15,099 nt of DNA from positions 1 through 15,099 of the forward strand of contig CAZHPN010000153.1 of NCBI GenBank assembly GCA_964534375.1, in the 5' to 3' direction. Source of the DNA: an uncultured bacterium. Lineage in GTDB: Bacteria > Lernaellota > Lernaellaia > Lernaellales > Lernaellaceae. The stretch's first letter is position 1; the number at the start of each line of letters is the position of its first letter. The notes beneath the pieces are model-generated. The model worked only from the letters and a program-made list of their open reading frames with translations. It searched no databases and was not told the DNA's origin. Below are positions 9,194 to 15,099 of this stretch, one piece after another. A program made the translations under genes and the position numbers.

Positions 9194-10413
9194 TCCGCCG
9201 TCTCCAACCACCCTTCGACGATCATGTCGGCGACGGAATTTGTGCGCGCCGCTTCCACGAAATGCGGCAGTTCGGACAGCGGCGTGATGATGGAAGCGCC
9301 GGATCTCGGATTGCGGCGGCAGAAGAAGACATGCTCGTAGTCCGTTTCGTTCAGCCAGGCGACGACAAGCGGTGAGTGTGTGGTCGCGAAGACCTGCGTT
9401 TTGCGGCCCGATTGCGACTTCAGCAACTCGACCAACAAACGGATGCGCGTTGGGTGCAATCCGTTTTCAATTTCCTCGATAGCGATCAAACCCGGCATGG
9501 TCGGCTGAAAAAACGCCGCCGTGATCGCGGCAAAACGGAGCGTGCCATCCGAGAGAATCGGCGCCGGGTAGACGACGCCTTTTTTTTTGACGGCGAACAT
9601 CGGTTCTTTTAGAGCGCCCGGCAAAACCGCAACATCATCCAAGTCGATTGGGGTCAATTCCCGCAACCAGGACAAATAGCTCGATCTAGTTTTCTTGCCG
9701 GCAATGATCGCCTTGACGATTCCAGCGAAATCCTCGCCGTGCTCTCCCATTCGTCGAACCGCATGCGTTTGTGCGTAGCTCCGCAGCAACCCGACTGACG
9801 GGGACAGTTGTTGCATATTCGCAAAAGCGAGCAAAGTCGATTGAACTGCGGTCGCGTGCTCTGTACGCATGGGCGGGTCTGATTTCGCCATTTGAGCGAG
9901 CGACGGAACGGAACCCAGAACTTGGTAACCCTTCTCGTCGCGGGGCGCACCGGGGAAATAACGAATCCCCCGAGTCTGGCGCGCAAACCTTCGGCCTCCG
10001 CTCACGAAAACGTTGCGTTCCCCGTCAGTGAATCTGTCATTTTCCACTGTTCCGTGATTCAGATCAAATTCTATTTCGTATTTTGCCTTACTCCCTAATT
10101 CGTGCCGCATGTCCACGGCGAAACTCACCGATGTCGACTTTCTCGCGAGGTCGGTTTTTCCGATTGCCGCGAAAGCCGCCTTTGCGCTCCCGCCGCGAAT
10201 GCCCGCCCATTCCGCGCTCGTCGCACTTCGCGGTTTGCCGTTAAATATCTCATCGACGGTGAATCCATTGCCGATGCCTTGCAGTACGCGCAACGCGTCG
10301 AAAAAGTTGGATTTGCCGCTCGCGTTGGTCCCGATGAAGAGATTGAACGGACCGAGATCCAGCGCCACTTTTTTCAGGCTCTTGAAACCCTCAATCTCGA
10401 TCCTGGTAATCAT
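9190..10413 (-). CDS. ABC-type (AAA_21/AAA_15-like) ATPase
   Basis: IEGFKSL, Walker A GTNASGKSN, variant signature LSDGT, Walker B/D-loop IAIEEIENGLHP and H-loop TTHS. SD GGGGAG. Confidence 0.9.
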   Translation of the reverse strand: MITRIEIEGFKSLKKVALDLGPFNLFIGTNASGKSNFFDALRVLQGIGNGFTVDEIFNGKPRSATSAEWAGIRGGSAKAAFAAIGKTDLARKSTSVSFAVDMRHELGSKAKYEIEFDLNHGTVENDRFTDGERNVFVSGGRRFARQTRGIRYFPGAPRDEKGYQVLGSVPSLAQMAKSDPPMRTEHATAVQSTLLAFANMQQLSPSVGLLRSYAQTHAVRRMGEHGEDFAGIVKAIIAGKKTRSSYLSWLRELTPIDLDDVAVLPGALKEPMFAVKKKGVVYPAPILSDGTLRFAAITAAFFQPTMPGLIAIEEIENGLHPTRIRLLVELLKSQSGRKTQVFATTHSPLVVAWLNETDYEHVFFCRRNPRSGASIITPLSELPHFVEAARTNSVADMIVEGWLETAE

Positions 10414-10439
10414 TTCTGCGTCTCCCCATGGTTACGCGG

Positions 10440-10468
10440 ATAGTAGAAAATCTCGGTGATCGAAGCAA
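10440..10468 (-). promoter_or_regulatory. Putative sigma70 promoter of the ATPase-TOPRIM-XPB-DUF790 operon
   Basis: TTGCTT (10468-10463), 17 nt, TACTAT (10445-10440), between the rho terminator and the ATPase SD. Confidence 0.65.
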
Positions 10469-10483
10469 CTCGAAAGCGGCCAC

Positions 10484-10514
10484 AAAAAAACGCCCGACGG
10501 TTTCCCGTCGGGCG
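10484..10514 (-). terminator. Intrinsic terminator after rho
   Basis: Minus strand CGCCCGACGG-GAAA-CCGTCGGGCG-TTTTTTT: perfect 10-bp stem, GNRA loop and U7. Confidence 0.92.
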
Positions 10515-10538
10515 CTTCCGTTTTAAGGCGCGGGCCGG

Positions 10539-11927
10539 CTACTGATTCATCAAATCCATGAAGTCGTTGTTCGACTTGGTGCCGGTCATCTTGTCGAGCA
10601 GGAACTCCATGCTGTCGATGGTGTTCAGCGGGCTGAGCACGCGGCGCAGCACCCAGACGCGCTGCAGCGTCGCCGGGTCGAGCAGCAACTCTTCCTTGCG
10701 CGTGCCGCTGCGGTTGATGTCGATCGCCGGGAAAATGCGGCGGTCGGCCAGCTTGCGGTCGAGGTGGATTTCCATGTTGCCGGTGCCTTTGAATTCTTCG
10801 TAGATCACTTCGTCCATGCGGCTGCCGGTGTCGACGAGCGCCGTGGCGATGACCGTCAGGCTGCCGCCTTCTTCGACGTTGCGCGCCGCGCCGAAGAAAC
10901 GTTTCGGTTTGTGCAACGCGTTGGCGTCGACGCCGCCCGAGAGGATTTTGCCCGAGTGCGGAACCACAGTGTTGTACGCGCGGGCGAGGCGCGTGATCGA
11001 GTCGAGCAGAATCACCACGTCGCGCTTGTGCTCGACGAGGCGCTTGGCCTTTTCGAGCACCATTTCCGCGACTTGCACGTGGCGGGTGGCGGGCTCGTCA
11101 AACGTCGACGAAATGACTTCGCCGCGGACGCTGCGCATCATATCGGTGACTTCTTCGGGCCGCTCGTCGATCAGCAGCACGATCAGGATGACTTCTTTGT
11201 GATTGCGGGCGAGCGAATTGGCGATCGCCTGCAGCAGCATGGTTTTGCCGGCTTTCGGCGGCGAAACGATCAGGCCGCGCTGGCCTTTGCCGATGGGGCA
11301 GACCAAATCCATGATGCGCACGGAATACTGGTCGGACTCGGTTTCGAGCTTCAGCATCTCCATCGGATACAGCGGCGTCAGGTTGTCGAAGAGGATTTTG
11401 TTGCGCGCCAGGTCGGGGTCTTCGTGGTTCATCGCCTCGACTTTGAGCAACGCAAAATAGCGCTCGCCTTCTTTCGGCGGGCGAATTTGGCCGCTGATCG
11501 TGTCGCCGGTGCGCAGGTTGAAGCGCCGAATCTGGCTCGGGCTGACGTAAATATCGTCGGGGCCGGGCAAGTAGTTGTAATCCGGCGCGCGCAGGAACCC
11601 GAAGCCGTCGGGCAGGATTTCCAACGTGCCTTCGCCGTAGATCATGCCGTTGCGTTCGGTGTGCGCCTGGAGCAGGGCGAAAATCAGGTCCTGCTTGCGC
11701 ATGCCGGTGGCGCCTTCGACGTTCAAGTCTTTCGCCAGCCGCAACAGATCGTTGATCTTGCGCTTTTTCAGGTTCTTGATGTTGATTTCTTCGGGCTGAA
11801 TCGACCCGTCGGCGGCGGTGCGGCGCGGCCTTTTTACGGCTTCGGCGCCTTCCTCATCCCCGTTTTCGTCTTCATCGGCCAATTTCTTTCCCAGGTCCGG
11901 GCCATCCTTGAACAAGTCATCCGCCAT
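10539..11927 (-). CDS. rho: Transcription termination factor Rho
   Basis: [56 protein letters not shown] and [10 protein letters not shown]. Confidence 0.98.
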   Translation of the reverse strand: MADDLFKDGPDLGKKLADEDENGDEEGAEAVKRPRRTAADGSIQPEEINIKNLKKRKINDLLRLAKDLNVEGATGMRKQDLIFALLQAHTERNGMIYGEGTLEILPDGFGFLRAPDYNYLPGPDDIYVSPSQIRRFNLRTGDTISGQIRPPKEGERYFALLKVEAMNHEDPDLARNKILFDNLTPLYPMEMLKLETESDQYSVRIMDLVCPIGKGQRGLIVSPPKAGKTMLLQAIANSLARNHKEVILIVLLIDERPEEVTDMMRSVRGEVISSTFDEPATRHVQVAEMVLEKAKRLVEHKRDVVILLDSITRLARAYNTVVPHSGKILSGGVDANALHKPKRFFGAARNVEEGGSLTVIATALVDTGSRMDEVIYEEFKGTGNMEIHLDRKLADRRIFPAIDINRSGTRKEELLLDPATLQRVWVLRRVLSPLNTIDSMEFLLDKMTGTKSNNDFMDLMNQ

Positions 11928-12143
11928 AATTCAGCTCCGTGGTGGTTTCGCGTTTTGGTTTGCGCACGCCTTTGCCAGAACACGCTTGATTTTCTCGGCC
12001 GCCGGGAGTCGCTCGCGTAAACAAGTCAGATGCCCACGCGATTACGTTGTAAGGAGCAAAAACCCCGCTGCCGGTCGAACGAAAATATCAACCAGGGGTA
12101 ACCGCGCCTAGGAAAAACAGCGCAACTCAGGATTGCAGCAAGG

Positions 12144-12174
12144 AATATATGGGGCCAGCCGCAAATTTTGTCAA
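12144..12174 (-). promoter_or_regulatory. Putative rho promoter
   Basis: Consensus TTGACA (12174-12169) followed by CATATA at 17-nt spacing or TATATT at 19-nt spacing. Implies a leader of about 210 nt. Confidence 0.5.
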
Positions 12175-12307
12175 GGGCAATGTGCGCCAATTTTTGAGGC
12201 CCGGCAGAACTGCCGTGGATTCGTCGTTTGCAGCGCGAACGGCAGCGGTCAACCGGCGGGTCCGGCGGCTGCCGTGCCCGCCGGCGGCGGGACCGCGGCC
12301 CTGGGGC

Positions 12308-12336
12308 TTCAGTTTCGCGGCGCCGTCCGGTAAACT
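12308..12336 (+). promoter_or_regulatory. Possible promoter of the second ATPase/DUF4276 pair
   Basis: TTCAGT (12308-12313), 17 nt, TAAACT (12331-12336). SD GGAGG at 12365-12369. Confidence 0.35.
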
Positions 12337-12375
12337 CGCGGGCGTTCCACAGGCCGAGTTGTGCGGAGGTTCGCA

Positions 12376-13560
12376 ATGCTTCAGAGCATTCAGTTGAAAA
12401 ACCTGCTTTCGTTCGGGTCGGACAGCGAGCCGCTGCCGTTGCAAAAATTGAATGTACTCATCGGCCCAAATGGCTCCGGGAAATCCAACTTACTCGAGGC
12501 AATCGGACTTCTACAGGCCGCGCCAAGAGACGTCGCGGCTCCGATTCGTAACGGCGGCGGGATTCACGAATGGCTGTGGCACGGCGCGACAGAGCCGGCG
12601 CCGGCAAACATCAAGGTCGTTGTTGATGGCCTCAGCGGTCGAATTCCCTTGCGTTACGATCTTGAATTCGCCGAATCCGATGACCGGTTGAAGTTTTCTC
12701 TGGAAGAAATCGCGAACACTGAAACAACGGAAAAAGAGAAGAAGCCGCGCACGTGGTATCGTTTCACGGGAACTGTCCCGAGGATTAGGAGCACGGCGAA
12801 AAGAACGCTGTTGTTCATGCGGAAGAACTTTGACCGCGCGCGCTCCATTCTCGCCCAACGAAAGGATCCCGATCGTTACCCAGAATTGACCTACTTGGGC
12901 GAAACGTTCGAACGCATTCGCATTTACCGCGAATGGTCGTTTGGTCGTCGCTCCGTACCGCGTCTGCCGCAGAAGGCGGACATGCCCACCGACTTCTTGA
13001 TGGAAGATTGCAGCAATCTCGGGCTGGTGCTGAACCGACTGCGGCGCGCCCCGGCGGTCAAGAAACAGATCGTCGAACGCCTCCAACTTCTTCACGAAGG
13101 CTTCGACGATTTTGACGTTCGAGTCGAAGGCGGCACGGTGCAGGTTTTCCTGCAGGAGTCGCCCACCAAAGCCTCGGACGGCGGCTGGATCGTTCCCGCG
13201 ACGCGGCTGTCGGACGGCACATTGCGGTACCTGTGCCTGCTCGCGATCTTGCTGGACCCGAATCCGCCGCCGCTCGTGTGCATCGAAGAGCCCGAACTCG
13301 GGTTGCATCCGGATATCGTTGCGTCGCTCGGCGAATTGCTGGTCGCGGCCTCGGAGCGGATGCAACTTGTTGTCACGACCCATTCGGACGTTCTGGTTGA
13401 CGCGCTGACCGAACATCCGGAAGCGGTAATAGTTTGCGAGAAACGCCAGGGGGCGACTTGCATGCGTCGTCTGGATCGCGAATCGCTCGCGGTGTGGCTC
13501 GAAAAATATTCGCTCGGCCAATTGTGGCGCGATGGCGAGATCGGCGGCAACCGATGGTAG
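12376..13560 (+). CDS. ABC-type (AAA_21/AAA_15-like) ATPase
   Basis: LKNLLSF, Walker A GPNGSGKSN, LSDGT, VCIEEPELGLHP, TTHS and C-terminal SLGQLWRDGEIGG. ATG at 12376 follows GGAGG. Confidence 0.9.
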   Translation: MLQSIQLKNLLSFGSDSEPLPLQKLNVLIGPNGSGKSNLLEAIGLLQAAPRDVAAPIRNGGGIHEWLWHGATEPAPANIKVVVDGLSGRIPLRYDLEFAESDDRLKFSLEEIANTETTEKEKKPRTWYRFTGTVPRIRSTAKRTLLFMRKNFDRARSILAQRKDPDRYPELTYLGETFERIRIYREWSFGRRSVPRLPQKADMPTDFLMEDCSNLGLVLNRLRRAPAVKKQIVERLQLLHEGFDDFDVRVEGGTVQVFLQESPTKASDGGWIVPATRLSDGTLRYLCLLAILLDPNPPPLVCIEEPELGLHPDIVASLGELLVAASERMQLVVTTHSDVLVDALTEHPEAVIVCEKRQGATCMRRLDRESLAVWLEKYSLGQLWRDGEIGGNRW

Positions 13561-14168
13561 CCGTCCGCATCTACGTGGAGGGCGGCGGCGACAAAGCCGG
13601 CCTTCGCCGGGCGTGCCGTATCGGCTTTGCACAATTGTTCGAAAAAATTGTGCCCGCGGGACACCAACCCCTCGTGAAAGCGTGCGGGCGACGCCAGGCG
13701 GCTTTCGACGACTTTTGCACCGCGCTAGTCGCCCACCCGGACTCGCTCTGCGTCTTGCTGGTCGACAGCGAAGGCCCCGTTGCCGTTGGAACAACTGCCT
13801 GGTCGCACTTGAAGACGCGGGACAAGTGGAAGCGCCCGTCCGGCGTGAAGAATCAGCAAGCCCAAATGATGGTGCAATGCATGGAAGCTTGGTTTCTTGC
13901 CGACAAGGAGGCGCTGAAGAAGTTTTACGACAAGGGATTTTTGCTCAAGGCGCTGCCTGGGCGCGCGAACATCGAGGAGATTTCGAAGGACGACCTTTTC
14001 CGCATCCTTGAACACGCGACGCGAAAAACAACGAAAGGCGCCTATTCAAAGGGCGATCACAGTTTTCAGATTTTGGCGAAGCTCAGTCCCGAATTGATCG
14101 AAAATGCTTCTCGCCACGCCAAAACGCTGTTCGATTTCCTCAGAGAAAATGCCGCGGACAGCGCTTAA
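13554..14168 (+). CDS. DUF4276 family TOPRIM-like protein
   Basis: IYVEGGG, LLVDSEG and MVQCMEAWFLAD. The ATG at 13554 overlaps the ATPase stop (ATGGTAG). Confidence 0.8.
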   Translation: MVAVRIYVEGGGDKAGLRRACRIGFAQLFEKIVPAGHQPLVKACGRRQAAFDDFCTALVAHPDSLCVLLVDSEGPVAVGTTAWSHLKTRDKWKRPSGVKNQQAQMMVQCMEAWFLADKEALKKFYDKGFLLKALPGRANIEEISKDDLFRILEHATRKTTKGAYSKGDHSFQILAKLSPELIENASRHAKTLFDFLRENAADSA

Positions 14169-14185
14169 GACGGTCCGCGAAACCT

Positions 14186-14953
14186 TCATTTCGCGATTGC
14201 CGACACCTGCCGCCCGCTGCGGCCGCCGCTCCGCCGGTGCGAAAACAGGCGCGGATCGGCCGTCGATGGGCCGACGATTTCGACCGATTCGCCGGGCAGG
14301 CCGGCAGCGAGCAGATCTTTGAGCGCGATGAGGCGCAAATCGAGATGCGGCTTGCGGCGGCGGTCCGGCCAGATGACGCCCAGCAGATCGAGGCGTTCGC
14401 GCAGGAAACGATTCGCCAATTCCGCACTTACCTCATATTCCGGCGCGCCGACCGTCGGCCCGATCGCCGCGGCCAATTCGCCCGGCGGCACGCCGAACGC
14501 GCGCGTCAGGCGCTGGATCGCCCGGCCGATGACGCCCGCCAGCAGGCCGCGCCAACCGGCGTGTACGGCCGCCATCGCCTCGCCGTCCTGCGAGCCAATG
14601 AGAATCGGCGTGCAATCGGCCGTCAGCACGCCGAGCGCCCCGCCGGCGAGCCGCGCCGTTTTCGCCACCACGGCGTCCGCCTCCGGGCCGCGCACGACGC
14701 CGGTCACCGGTTCGTTCAACAACTCGGCTCGATCGCCATGCACCTGCCGCGGCAGGTAGAGGCCGTTGACGCCCAGATGCGCGAGCACGCGGCGTTCGTT
14801 TTCCGCCAGCGCCGCGGGATCGTCGTCGACGTACGCGCCGAGGTTCAACGACTCCAGCGGCCCCCGGCTGACGCCGCCCTCGCGCCCAAAAAACACGGCG
14901 CGGTAGCCGAAGGAAGCGAGCACGCGGCTGCGCCAGACGACCGGTTCATCCAT
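14186..14953 (-). CDS. pgeF: PgeF/YfiH (laccase-domain, purine nucleoside phosphorylase-like) protein
   Basis: SLNLG, QVHG, TADCTPI, VHAGWRG, AIGP and FSHRR..GRQ. Located downstream of an rluD-like gene. Confidence 0.92.
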   Translation of the reverse strand: MDEPVVWRSRVLASFGYRAVFFGREGGVSRGPLESLNLGAYVDDDPAALAENERRVLAHLGVNGLYLPRQVHGDRAELLNEPVTGVVRGPEADAVVAKTARLAGGALGVLTADCTPILIGSQDGEAMAAVHAGWRGLLAGVIGRAIQRLTRAFGVPPGELAAAIGPTVGAPEYEVSAELANRFLRERLDLLGVIWPDRRRKPHLDLRLIALKDLLAAGLPGESVEIVGPSTADPRLFSHRRSGGRSGRQVSAIAK

Positions 14954-15099
14954 TTTTCATCTCCAGCAAGGCCAGGATTCGTTGCAGATCGGCCGGCGGC
15001 GGGGAGGCGAACTCGAGCCAGGCGGCGGTTGCGGGGTGGCGAAACGCCAGCCGCCGCGCGTGCAGCGCCGGCCGCTCGAGCGCGGCGCACGCGGCGCGC
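14946..15099 (-). CDS. rluD: RluA/RluD family pseudouridine synthase, C-terminal part (starts outside the window)
   Basis: Not in the ORF track. Manual translation from 15098 gives RAACAALERPALHARRLAFRHPATAAWLEFASPPPADLQRILALLEMKNG*, matching the LHA..L.F.HP.T motif. 8-nt overlap with pgeF, the classic rluD-yfiH pairing. Confidence 0.85.
   Translation of the reverse strand, partial: RAACAALERPALHARRLAFRHPATAAWLEFASPPPADLQRILALLEMKNG

Noticed and set aside
12026..12444. Short ORFs and GC hairpins (cggcag-aa-ctgccg; acggcagc...gctgccgt) in the rho-ATPase intergenic region
   Set aside because: No SD or protein-like composition. The hairpins are short for such GC-rich DNA and match no RNA family I recognise.
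10764..13794. ORFs 10764-12020 (+) and 12511-13794 (-)
   Set aside because: Antisense to rho and to the second ATPase pair.
14176..14195. Hairpin cgcgaaa/tttcgcg between the converging DUF4276 and pgeF stops
   Set aside because: Only 7 bp with no U-tract on either strand; too weak to call a terminator.

Overview
GC-rich bacterial chromosomal window, probably a deltaproteobacteria-like lineage (inferred from gene order and Asp-rich lipoproteins). The core backbone on the minus strand is rluD (partial)-pgeF ... rho ... rpmE-DUF1385-prfA-pspA (partial); the two edge genes are missing from the ORF track and were translated by hand. Accessory genes sit on both sides of rho. Between rho and rpmE lie (i) a four-gene operon with its own predicted sigma70 promoter and overlapping start/stop codons: ABC/AAA_21-type ATPase, TOPRIM-like protein, XPB-like SF2 helicase, DUF790/Bax1-like nuclease; and (ii) two plus-strand lipoproteins (a metallophosphoesterase and a DUF1566 protein) that share an Asp-rich 'DDDASPADDDD' tether. 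Divergent from rho is a second, distantly related ATPase + DUF4276-like TOPRIM pair. The best candidate for an undescribed system is the ATPase-TOPRIM-XPB-Bax1 operon, which joins a PARIS/split-OLD-like module to a helicase-nuclease pair. Non-coding highlights are two copies of an inverted 8-bp-period repeat element, each overlapping a stop codon, and an SD-sequestering hairpin in the rpmE leader. All family assignments come from motif recognition; no searches were run.
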